Below are positions 53,186 through 64,000 of a stretch of 64,000 bases of DNA, piece by piece (position 1 is the stretch's first letter; each line of letters starts with the position of its first letter). The notes beneath the pieces were generated by a model that saw nothing but the letters and a program-made list of their open reading frames with translations, was not told the DNA's origin and searched no databases. This DNA is from Eledone cirrhosa. Its lineage: Eukaryota. A program made the position numbers and the translations under genes. The stretch is taken from NCBI GenBank assembly GCA_964016885.1, contig OZ024741.1, positions 233,616,001 through 233,680,000 of the forward strand, given 5' to 3'.

Positions 53186-54625
53186 TTAACGTCTATCTTC
53201 CACACTAGCGGCCAATAGTGGTATAAGCTCTCTGAACTTTTTCCATCCCGTTCTGACTCTAGCTACTGTACTTTCCGACCACCCACCACTACTGCTGATT
53301 TTGTCACCCAGGTAACGGAAGGTATCCACTATTTCTATAGAACCATCTGGGCAATGGAAGGAGCTAGTATTCTGTGGGCACTTGCTACTACTTATTGCAC
53401 CTGAGCACCGGCCACATATAAAATCTATATTCTTAGTTAGCTTACCTGTGATCCCACTACATCTTTTATGCACCCATACTTTACATTTAGGACATAAAAT
53501 GGAGTTTCTGCCTACTCCTTTCCTACACACTGAGCATGGCCATTTCCTAGAGGGGACCAGTGCCCTATTTTCCTTCCTACATACTAGAACATTAGTCTTA
53601 CAGAAGTTAATTTTAAGGCATTTTGATTCTAGGCCATGCTTCCAAGTTTGGAATTTCTTCTCTAGTTCAACCATTGATTCAGCTATGAGCGTTAGATCAT
53701 CTGCATATAGAAGTTCCCATGGGCAGCCGGTCTTGAACTCCTCTGTTATAGCCTGAAGGGCAGTAATAAATAGGAGCAGGCTAAAGACAGAGCCCTGATG
53801 AACACCAACTTTTACGCTAAATTCTTCACTATATTCATTGTTAATTCTAACCTTGCTGACTGTTTCTTTATACATGGCTTGTATAGCTCTCACGAGCCAT
53901 TCATCAACACCTAGTTTTCTAAGAGCCCACCAGATAATGAAGCAGGGGACTCTGTCAAAGGCTTTCTCCAAGTCAACAAAAGCTAAGTATAGGAGTTTAC
54001 TTTTAGCTAGATACTTCTCCTGTAGTTGTCGTACAAGGAAAAGAGCGTCCGTGGTACTTTTACCTGACACAAACCCAAACTGCATTTCATCTAGATCAAT
54101 TCGCTCTTTGATTAGTTGCGCTATAAGTTTTTCTGTGACCTTCATGGCCTTGTCAATTAATTTAATGCCTCTATAGTTTCCCCTATCTAGGGCATCTCCT
54201 TTACCCTTGTAGCAGTTAATGATGATGCTGCTACTCCAGTCATTTGGTATGACCCCATTCTGTATGACTCAGATTATATGCGGGAGACCATAGTGTGTCC
54301 CACCAATCCAGATGCTTTCAGCATTTCAGCAACTATCTCCGAAAACCCAGCTGCTTTGCCTGTCTTCATATCTTTGATTGTCTTACTTATTATAATACCT
54401 TCAACTTGCACTGCTGGTCCCTTGGGGCAGACTGTCTTTCTCCCATTTGTTCTCCTCATTTACTAGCCTCTCGTAGTGACACTTCAAAGCTACTTTCTTA
54501 TCAGTATCAGTGATGGCAAGTATACCATCATCATTATGGACACACTTCTCCCTGACAATATCACGGTTTTCCTTGACACATTGTCTAGCAATCCTGAACA
54601 CCTCACGTTTTTGGTCCTTGCATCG
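53186..54625 (-). mobile_element. RTE LINE RT region
   Basis: MQFGFVSGKST, FVDLEKAFDRV, GVHQGSV, LYADDL, followed by a Cys-rich PHD-like insert. Confidence 0.95.
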
Positions 54626-55724
54626 TCTCGTCATCTATTTGCTGTGGTATGCAAACTCTTTTATTAAAGGGTAACCTCGTAGGATAGATATTACCCATCT
54701 TATATGTTTTGTCAGCTGGGTTGAAAAATAGTTTCTCTAAGGGGTTGTCGTTATTTCTATCGTCATAGTTGTGTGTGTTGCTATTATTGTTATCATGGTG
54801 GTTGTTGTTGTTTCTATCATTAGCATTAATATTATTATTGTTATGATTGCTAGATGTATTGTTGTTTACTTCACCGTTATTGTTGTTGTTGTTACTGCTA
54901 TTTCTACCATTGTGGTTGTTACTATTATTATGTTTCTTGTTTTTGTTGATGTTGCTACATGTACTATTTCCATTATTACCACTGTGGTTATTGTTGTTGT
55001 TGGTATTGTTACCGTTATTACTACTGTGGTCACTGTTGCTGTGTCTGTGGTTAACGTTTCTATTATTATTATTATTGTGGTTGTTGTTGTTCTGTCTATC
55101 GCTAGTATTATTACCATTATCACTATTTCTCACTTTCCTGCCATTGTTATGGTTATGGCTGTTATTTCTATACCCAGAGTTATTGTTTATATTACTACTA
55201 CCGTTATTATTGTTGTTGTTGTTTACCTTTGCATTCCAACGTATTTTTGTGAAACACTTTTCCAGCTCCGTTTTGCATTCCATAGGGTTAATCTTTTTGT
55301 AGATGGCAAATTTTGGTGGTAACTTTAGGATTTGTTGTTCTTGTTCACTGATTAAAGTGTTCCCATAGATATTTACTGTGTGGTCATTGGTAAATTCTTC
55401 CGGTAGTTTTACATCACTCATACGGATGTTGTCGATGTTATCTGGGTATTTTTGAGAATATTCGATTTTCCTTTCTTGTAGTTTTTTCTTATTCATCCAT
55501 TCTAATTTCTTCTTGAAATGCCTACAGCATTCGTTTTGAGCATATTTCGTTTCGCGTCGGATGACGCTCATGAAGTCATCTCTCTCGTTTGCTGTGATGA
55601 GATTTCGGATTTCCTTACCGTTGATGAGTTTTTGTCTGTAGAGTGCGTTGACTTTTGTGTATGTTGTTCTTTTCATATTAACTGTTATTGTGTGTTTTAG
55701 CCGTTCAGCTTGTGTTTTGTTCAA
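54625..55724 (-). pseudogene. Inverted N-terminal part of the Penelope ORF with an Asn-rich expansion
   Basis: ISEQEQQILKLPPKFAIY...KIRW resembles PLE N-termini; in-frame (AAY)n region about 54770-55220. Confidence 0.7.
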
Positions 55725-57750
55725 TAATAAATTATTTAAAACCTCCTCAGCAGAATCAGTGAGTGCAACAAAAACAGGAGCCTATCCAACTGCATAATAG
55801 GCAGCATGGATGTGGTGTCACTGTACCCATCCATTAACATTGATTTTGCTGTGAAAAGATGTGTGGAGATGATCATTGAGAGTGAGGTGGAGTTCTGCGA
55901 CGTCGACACAGACGAACTGGGCCTCCTACTTAGACTTACCTACGACACTGACTACCTAGACAGCCATGACCTTAGATGTTTCTGCCCTAGTAGACCTATA
56001 AGAGGTAGACCCCCCACCATAACCTCAATGGCTAAAAAGACTCCCATAGGAAGGTGGATTGGGTGGACCAAAGCTATACGGACCCCCCAAAACACTGATC
56101 AGGTTAGAAAAATGGTCGCACATGCAATAGGGGCTAGTATCAAAACTACCCTAAAGGGCCACATATTTAAGTTCAATGAGAAAATCTACACCCAAAATGA
56201 GGGAGCAGCCATCGGCGTCAGCATAGCTGGTGATGTTGCCAACCTTTTCATGGTATGGTGGGAAAGGAGACTTAAAGATCTCCTTAATGAAAGCTCCATA
56301 GACCTCATCATGTACTCTCGTTATGTAGACGATATCAATATAGTTATAAGAACACCCCCACTAGAGAGCACTAACAAGTTTGATTTAGAACGTAGCACGA
56401 TGGAAAGCATCCAGCAGATAGCTAATTCCATACACCAGAGTATAACTGTAACTATAGACTTCCCTTCCAAACACCCTAACAATTGACTACCTGTATTAGA
56501 CACAGAACTCTGGATTAACACTATAGACGAGAGAGCCCAAATTCTCCACTCACACTATGCTAAACCCATGGCCTCCAAATACCTGATACTCAAAAACTCA
56601 GCAATGTCCAGTAGTGCTAAGTTTAATATTCTGATCGCAGATTTGGTACGAGTGATGAAGAATGTGTCCAGCATGTGCGACCCAACAGAAATGGAAGGAC
56701 ACATCCAACACTTCATCAACCGCATGCAGTTCTCTGGCTACAACCAAAGAGACAGAGTCAGAGTATACGAAGGAGCCATGGAAAAGTATAAGACCCTCAT
56801 AGAACTGGACATGAAAGGAATTTGCCCACTATACAGGAGCAAATCATGGAATAGCTTAGATAGAGCTAAACATAAGATAGGGAAGGCCACATCATGGTAC
56901 GACAACCAGAGATATCAGAGTGTCATGTTTGTGGACGCCACCCCTGGAGGGAAATTAGCTAACCAGTGTAGAAAGGCCCTGAGAAAGACCCACTTAAAAA
57001 TAAAGGTGGTAGAAAAGCCAGGAACCACCATAAAATCCCTGATCAGCAAAACCTACCCTTTTAAGAAAACCCACTGTACCAATAGGAAATGTATCATATG
57101 TAAGGTGAACCCCCGGATAAACTGTAAAACTAGAAACGTAGTCTATAGCATAAGATGTACAGAGGGTACTTGCAGAAACACGACAACAACATACATAGGT
57201 GAGACAGCTCGTAGCATAGGTGAAAGGATAGACCAACACTGGGGGGAACTAAAAGGACGAAAAAACGGGTCAGTACTATACGAACATGCTAGACAACAAC
57301 ATGACGGTAACATAGACAACATAGAAATTAGAATAATATCTAAACATAGGAATGACCCAGCAGATAGGCAAATCAGAGAGGCCAGTGAAATAGAAATTAG
57401 AAGACCAAAGCTAAACAGAAAGAATGAGTGGAACAACAACAACACCCAAACAAACAACACTGACCTAAGAGAAGTATAAATAAATAAGTAAATTAAATAA
57501 AATAAATAAAATAAGATAAATAAATACATACACAAGCACATAAACACACACTAGTCACCCAGCAGACACAACACTATACACACTAGTCACACATCACACA
57601 TAACACTATACACACACGCAAACGCATGCGCAAAGAAGACAAAATAAAATAAGATAAACAAACAAGCAAATAAATAAATAAATATATAGACAGACTGAAC
57701 AAAAAAAATGGCGTAGACATACAACACAACAGGAGGAACAATGAATATAA

Positions 57751-57792
57751 CACCACTGACGATGTTGCAGATGTGCAACGAAAGATTTATGT
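57751..57792 (+). ncRNA. Hammerhead ribozyme motif in the Penelope 3' region
   Basis: CTGACGA-T-GTTGCA-GATG-TGCAAC-GAAA-GATT-TA|TG; perfect 6-bp stem II, near-palindromic AGATTT, weak stem I. Confidence 0.55.
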
Positions 57793-58054
57793 AAATTATG
57801 TAAACTATATATATGTGTGTTTGTGTCTATATTGTATCTGTATTATTTTTGACCGCCGGTCAGTCAATGGCAACATTGAGGACCGAGTAAGTTAGATCGC
57901 AGATATATATATATAAAAGACAGCGAGAAGCGAAAACCAACCAAACAGTGAGTGTGTTCTGTTATTAATTCTGGCAATATTACGCAAATATGACCCTCCC
58001 CAAATATAACAATATGTTTCGACACACGATTTCATATAAAAAACCTCGCAAAAC

Positions 58055-58262
58055 ATATATATATATACATATATATATATATGCATATACATATATATAT
58101 ATATATACATACTTATATACACATATATATACACACACACACACACATATATATATATATGCACTAACTGAGGTAGCCTCTAATACCCGGGAGCAGGGGT
58201 ATTCCCAGTTCTCATTAAAATACCCAATGCCTACATATATGTATATATACATATATATATAT

Positions 58263-58326
<64 letters not shown>

Positions 58327-58458
58327 GCATATACATATATATATATACACATATATATACACACACACACACATATATATATATATGCACTAACTGAGGT
58401 AGCCTCTAATACCCGGGAGCAGGGGTATTCCCAGTTCCCATTAAAATGCCCAATGCCT
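58055..58458. repeat. Tandem duplication of a microsatellite plus 72-bp unique unit
   Basis: GCACTAACTGAGGTAGCC...CCAATGCCT at 58161-58232 and 58388-58458. Confidence 0.9.
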
Positions 58459-58792
58459 CTCAGACCAAAAATGAAATCAAAATATAGGACAGATAATCAA
58501 AAGCGAAGACAAATTCATTTACGAGACAATAATACAAACAAATATTGTTGATTGCATTGGTCAGGCGAGAACATGTTTGTCAGAGAAGTTGAGTGTTGCT
58601 ATAAGGAATAAAATAGAACCCCCATTAGGGTGTCTTAATATTATTGAAATTTGCTGAAATTTTGTGAATAGGCATCATATCTTGTCATTTACGAGAACCC
58701 TTTGATTAAAATGAAATATACGTTAGAAATCAAATGGACATGAGCCCCCCACACACACATGTCAAGTTTCATCAAGATCAGTTTGCCACAGC

Positions 58793-59261
58793 TTGAGATC
58801 GGTGTGGAAGTCGGACCTTCGTAAAGACCTGAAAATCCACCTCTTCATTGCTGTAGTGGAGCCTGTGCTGCTGTACGGGTCTGAGACTTGGACACTGACC
58901 AAGAAACTCACTCAGATGGTGGATGGGTGCTACACGAGAATGCTGAGGATGGCTCTGAACATTAATCAGTATACACTGAGGATGAAAAACTCAGAGCTGT
59001 ATGGGAGCCTCTCAAAAGTGACACAGAGGAGACTGGGGTTAGCTGGACATGCTCACTGACATCCAGAGTTGACACTACACTCAGTGGTCCTGTGGGAGCC
59101 TCTGCATGGACAAACTGGAAGAGGAAGACCAAGGTTAACATATGTTGATGCCTTAAGGACAGACACTGGTCTGTGGGAGACGCAGAACATGGCAGCGATG
59201 ATGAGGGACAGAGACCGCTGGAGAGTACTCGTCCATGGATCTCGGGAATTTTACCCGCCCT

Positions 59262-59263
<2 letters not shown>
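58793..59263 (+). mobile_element. RTE-group LINE 3' fragment (a different family)
   Basis: VLLYGSETWTLTKK...RMLRMALN...LAGH...GRGRPRLTY; ends in (TA)n. Confidence 0.85.
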
Positions 59264-59298
<35 letters not shown>

Positions 59299-59794
59299 CA
59301 TATATATATACACGATATGGATTACACAATCAAAAATATATATATATATGTGAAGGCGCATGGCTTAGTGGTTAGAGCATTGGGCTTGCAATTGAAAGGT
59401 TGTGATTTCAATTCTCGGACCGGGTGATGTGTTGTTTCCTTGAGCAAGACACTTTATTTCACATTGCTCCAGTTTACTCAGCTGTAGAAATGAGTACCGG
59501 CCTGCCCGCCCAGCCAGTGGGGTGGCGTTATCTTATGGCTAAAACAGCATGACGTGCTGTGACCAGCAGCACCAATTGGCGCCCGACAGACTGGTCGGTC
59601 AAGGTGATCAAACTATTCAAACCCAACATCAGAGCATGTTAACGTTTTACTAACTGAAACATGGTTATGTAAGGTAACTGAGGTAAAGTAAGAGTTAGTG
59701 TCATAGAAAATAGAATGACAACAGTAATGTCCACTTATGTACCACAATTATGACTAAATAAAGAATAAAATAACTGTTTCTATGAAAACCTCTT

Positions 59795-60490
59795 ACAGAT
59801 GACTTCATGATCCTGGCTGAGAATTTTAATGGACATGTTGATTGACACCAGAATAGCTACTTTGGAGTGCACTATGGCTATAGCTTGAGAAATGAAGAGG
59901 GATGAGGGCTCCTTGAATTCAATGATGCAAACCATCTATTTACAACCCTAATAGCCTCTTGATCACTTACAAATCAGGTAAATACACAAGCCAAATCAAC
60001 TTCATACTCATTAGAAAATGAAAGAGACAGAGGTTACGAATATTAAATCTCTTCCCAGAGAAGAATGTACCACCCAGCATAAATTTATGACATCAAAATA
60101 AGAAACAGTTAAAATCATAAATGCAGGAGAGTATGAAAGCTAATGGATCAGTCTATTAAATTTAGAAAAGCTCTACATGATATATATGACATGGAGGAGG
60201 AGGAGATGGATACATATGGTCATAGAGACAATTGGAAATTTCTATGGGAAACCTGCTTCAGGCTACTGATGAGATGTGTGGTTGGAGTAATGTACCTGTC
60301 AGATGAAAGGTGATTTGGTGGTGGAACAATACTGTAGAAAGAGCCATTAAACCGGAGACAAGCATGGGAAGACTGGAACAATGGGGATAGCAAAGTACAA
60401 TATCAACTAGTTAAAAGAGAAACTAAATAATAGTTTTTTCATAGCACATTGAGGAGAAATCAAGAGGTTTGCCAATATGCTGTGATGCAA
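59795..60490 (+). mobile_element. Decayed RTE LINE endonuclease/linker fragment
   Basis: NFNGHV, NEEG, TYKSG...SQINF, WWWNN motifs with stops. Confidence 0.7.
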
Positions 60491-61374
60491 TGTGCTACTG
60501 TAAATCAGGATGCCATTGGGGAGAAGTGTGTTTGAAATGACTCCAGTATACTTAGCCTCAATGATTCTTAGAAGAAAGAGGCCTAGAAATGCTACTATGA
60601 GAGGTTGATGAATGAGTGCCAATAGTTTCAACAGATGCACACGGTCAGAACTTTTAGTGGAGTGAACAGACAATCAGAATGACCACAGTACTTGACTGGT
60701 CATTTATTTTATTGCCCTCAAAAGGATAAAAGGCTAAGTTGGCAGGATTTGAACTACAAATGTAATGAACTAAGAAATACTGTAAGGCATTTTGTTGGAC
60801 ATTTTAAGAATTCTGTCAATTCATTGCTATATCAACCTTATAGTGATGAAAAGTTTTTGCTAATGCTTGACCAGCATAGTAGAATTATATTTTATAAACT
60901 TTTTAAACATATAATATTTAATTTTTAAAGTTAGTAAAAATATTTTACAAATCTTGTAGAGGCTTATTTGTTGGTGTCATAATGACATAACAACAGGAAA
61001 TTGAAACATTTGGAACACAATACTTTCATTATCGTATAGTTCTGTTTGTTTAGTGTTATATTGGTTATATTGCTGAGAATATTTGATCTGTATTTGTAGT
61101 AAATTTTTGATCATCATAATTTCTCATTTTATGTTGATACATGATTTCTAATTTAGATACAAGGCCAGCTGTTTCTTGGTGGGAGGCAGGAAGCGATTAC
61201 ATTGACTTCATACTTAATTGTACTTTATTTTATCAACTCTGGAAGGATGAAAGACAACGTTGTCCTCAGTGGAATTTGAATTCAGAAATGAAAAGAGCTG
61301 TAACCAAATACTGCAAAGTATTTTGTGTAATAGTAATATACACGAACAGCAAAGCATAAATTAATTAAAAGAGA

Positions 61375-61950
61375 GACTGAGCATAAGAGGAATCAAATGA
61401 TGTGTGCAGGAGAGGAGGTTGCATTGGTATGGACATGTGATGCGTATGAAGGATGACAGGTGCATAAAAAGGTGCAGAGCACTAGAAGTCGATGGAAGCC
61501 GTGGAGTGGGAAGACCCAAGAAGATATGGGATGAGGTGATAAAAGCCGACCTTGCTCAAAGGCGATGACACAGGACCGTGACCTCTGGCGTCATGCAGTA
61601 ATACAGAAGACCCTACTTCCCACGGGTACAAGTCGAAGCTGAAGCATATAGATAATATGCCCCCACCCCACCCACCACTAAAAAGAGGTTGTGGAGGTGC
61701 CACGGCACAAAAGCACCCAGCCCACACTGTAAAGTGGACATGTAGGCGCCATGGAAAAAAAGCACCCAGCACTCACTGTAAAAGAGGTTGGTGTTAGGAA
61801 GGGCATCCAGCTGTAGAAATCAAGCCAGAATCAGTTCCAGTATGAGCAAGACAAAGTCAGCCGACCGGACACTGCCCACAACAGGACAACCCGTCTAACC
61901 CATGCTAGCGTGAAAGAATGGGTGTAAAACGGTGATGGTGATGATGATGA
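61375..61950 (+). mobile_element. RTE LINE 3' end
   Basis: Near-identical to 25800-26340. Confidence 0.85.
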
Positions 61951-62746
61951 TGATTTTGTCTAATGCTCTAACAATTCTGCCAATCCACCAATCTTTGGTT
62001 ACAGCTCTTTTCATTTCTGAGTTCAAATCCCACTGAGGACAACTTTGCCTTTCATCCTTCCAGAGTTGATAAAATAAAGTACCAGTTAAGTATGGAGTCA
62101 ATGTAATCGCTTCCTGCCTCCCACCAAGGAATTGATGGCCCTGTAACTTAAAGTAGAAATCATTATGTATCAACTTAAAATTAGAAATCATGATGAACAA
62201 ATTTACTACAAATAATAATATTCATTAAGACATAAATTTTATACAAGAACACAATGTCATCTATACATATATACAAAACTGAAATTGTCTGCATGTGTGT
62301 GTGTGTCCTAATTTTTGCAAAGTCTATACAAATCCACATTTCTACTCAATTTGACTTCAAACTTGCATTTATATATTCCTTGCGATCTAAAGATATTAAC
62401 TGCAGCTTTTATTTTTCAATTTTCTGTTGTTAAAGGCGTGTTAGCGATCTCTCTTTCTTAGTCTGCCGTTTTAGATAGATACATAGCTATAACGTCGGGC
62501 CCTTATAATATCTGTCTGTATGCCTGCTGTCTGCATTACGACATTATTGGTGACGTATTATCTTCATTATTTTCCGTTCATTGCCAGGGAATGTCTTCAC
62601 GAACCAAAGTATCGTCTTCCCGTTTTCCTTTGGTTGCAACGTTTTTCGAAATATTTACTTCTGCGTTCACAGATTGATTTTTTTAGTTTTAGAAGATCCC
62701 GTTAAGGGTCAAAGCAGCGATTCTTTGCTTAATCTTTAATCTGTTA

Positions 62747-62786
<40 letters not shown>

Positions 62787-62907
62787 GGAGGTGAGTTTTA
62801 TTGTAGTACAATAAAGCAATGCAGATATCGGATAAGAAGCACTCTACAGTTTGTGGGACTGGAGTATGCATAATATAAGATCAAAAGATGGTTAAAGGAG
62901 TTCCATA

Positions 62908-62978
62908 TATTTTATTATGCGCATTTCAAAAACAAACATCATCAAGCAATAATATTTGTGTTTTCATCAGATAAAACA
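62908..62978 (-). ncRNA. Mirror copy of the hammerhead ribozyme
   Basis: Reverse complement of 63105-63175. Confidence 0.8.
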
Positions 62979-63104
62979 GGAGAACATGATATGAAGGCTA
63001 AAAAAACACTTGTTGATAGTGCAGTTTTAAATCAACATATCAATATGTTGATTTAAAACTGCACTATCAACAAGTGTTTTTTTAGCCTTCATATCATGTT
63101 CTCC

Positions 63105-63175
63105 TGTTTTATCTGATGAAAACACAAATATTATTGCTTGATGATGTTTGTTTTTGAAATGCGCATAATAAAATA
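63105..63175 (+). ncRNA. Minimal type-I hammerhead ribozyme
   Basis: TGTTTTAT-CTGATGA-[long stem II with G-U pairs]-GAAA-TGCGCA-TA|ATAAAATA; palindromic ATGCGCAT stem III; predicted cleavage after 63167. Confidence 0.82.
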
Positions 63176-64000
63176 TATGGAACTCCTTTAACCATCTTTT
63201 GATCTTATATTATATATATATATATATATATATAAATTGAAACAAAATGAAAACGAAATTTCATGTCTCACTCTTAGTATGGCACTTACTTAAATGTAAG
63301 TATGCATGTATACGTACATACATATATGTATACAGACGTACAGTAGCATGCACATATATATATATATATATACATATATACATACATATGCATACAGGTA
63401 CACATACATATATGCACGTATCAGTTTAGCGGCGCTAACGTCGCTTTGTTCGTTTGTAAACAAACTGAACAGCCTGAATTTATGCCATACAGTGTTAAGG
63501 CAACCACGTCACCTTTTTGTTCAACACTGACACAGGAACGATGTACTAGTTTCAAGCTTGTTAGCTATCATCAGCACCGTTTACCCATCTGCCAGATAGT
63601 TGAACGTTCTGTATACATATATGTATGTACGTATACATGCATACTTACATTTATATATATATATATATATATATATAATTATATATTCGTGTACAGATAT
63701 TTTTGCATACACAAAAACAAAACATAAACAACAAACGTATTTATTTCATGAAAGCACAGACCGCCTATCGTCATTGTTACTGCCGATATACCACCCAAAA
63801 AGTCCCATTACTTTTGGCACAAGGCCAGCAATTACATAGTCGGAAATCACATGCATCGCGGACGAATTTACTCCTTACTCTACCAGTTAGTCCTAGTGTA
63901 TTTCGTCCTGCTTTTAGGTCATGCCTCGAAGGAAGAGATACTCCATTGGCCGAAATACTGAGAAAGCAGCAAGAAAAAGAACAACGTGAGCAAACGAATC

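Larger units (their letters stand above)
54625..57903 (+). mobile_element. Penelope-like element with an inverted 5' segment
   Basis: RT (MDVVSLYPSI, GAAIG, RYVDD) 55806-56486 and GIY-YIG endonuclease (NVVYSIRC...YIGET..R...H) 56568-57479 on +, separated by one in-frame stop; N-terminal part on -. Confidence 0.92.
62784..63213. mobile_element. Fold-back non-autonomous Penelope-like/retrozyme-type element
   Basis: 171-bp arms 62870-63040 / 63043-63213 with a 2-nt loop, unpaired tail 62784-62869, (TA)n on both sides. Confidence 0.85.
62260..64000 (+). mobile_element. 5' part of a second Helitron running off the window
   Basis: A|TCTATACATATATACAAAACTGAAA 5' terminus; ATG 63921 MPRRKRYSIGRN resembles RepHel N-termini and is preceded by a TTTTAG acceptor. 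Confidence 0.5.

Noticed and set aside
54771-55322. Hydrophobic Val/Ile/Leu-rich ORFs on the + strand
   Set aside because: Antisense translations of the (AAY)n tract, not membrane proteins.
57913-58054. (TA)n-flanked short element with CGAAACATATTG on the minus strand
   Set aside because: No CTGANGA core or stem II was found, so it is not called a ribozyme, although it may be another family member.
57892-58397. YI/CV-repeat ORFs (also at 328-642, 39005-39245 and 63247-63839)
   Set aside because: Microsatellite or low-complexity translations.

Overview
AT-rich, microsatellite- and transposon-dense animal genomic DNA; the repeat repertoire is consistent with an octopus/cephalopod (inference). 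The only clear host gene is an intact uroporphyrinogen-III synthase (UROS) on the + strand: 8 coding exons over 16098-43268, reconstructed by hand to 263 aa with consistent intron phases. The rest is mobile DNA: a decayed autonomous Helitron (about 1468-8038), a non-autonomous Helitron, the start of a second Helitron at the window end, a 5'-inverted Penelope-like element, a fold-back Merlin (IS1595-like) element, a hAT relic, a mariner relic, piggyBac-type MITEs, many LINE fragments (RTE, Tx1/L1, CR1/L2, R4, CRE) and SINEs. The most striking unexplained signal is a set of short, sequence-unrelated non-coding elements in or next to (TA)n tracts. Most fold back into long palindromes, several carry minimal type-I hammerhead ribozymes with a palindromic stem III, and most share a GAGTRCTY motif downstream. 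They look like non-autonomous Penelope-like/retrozyme-type elements. All calls come from reading the sequence by eye; no database search or folding program was run.
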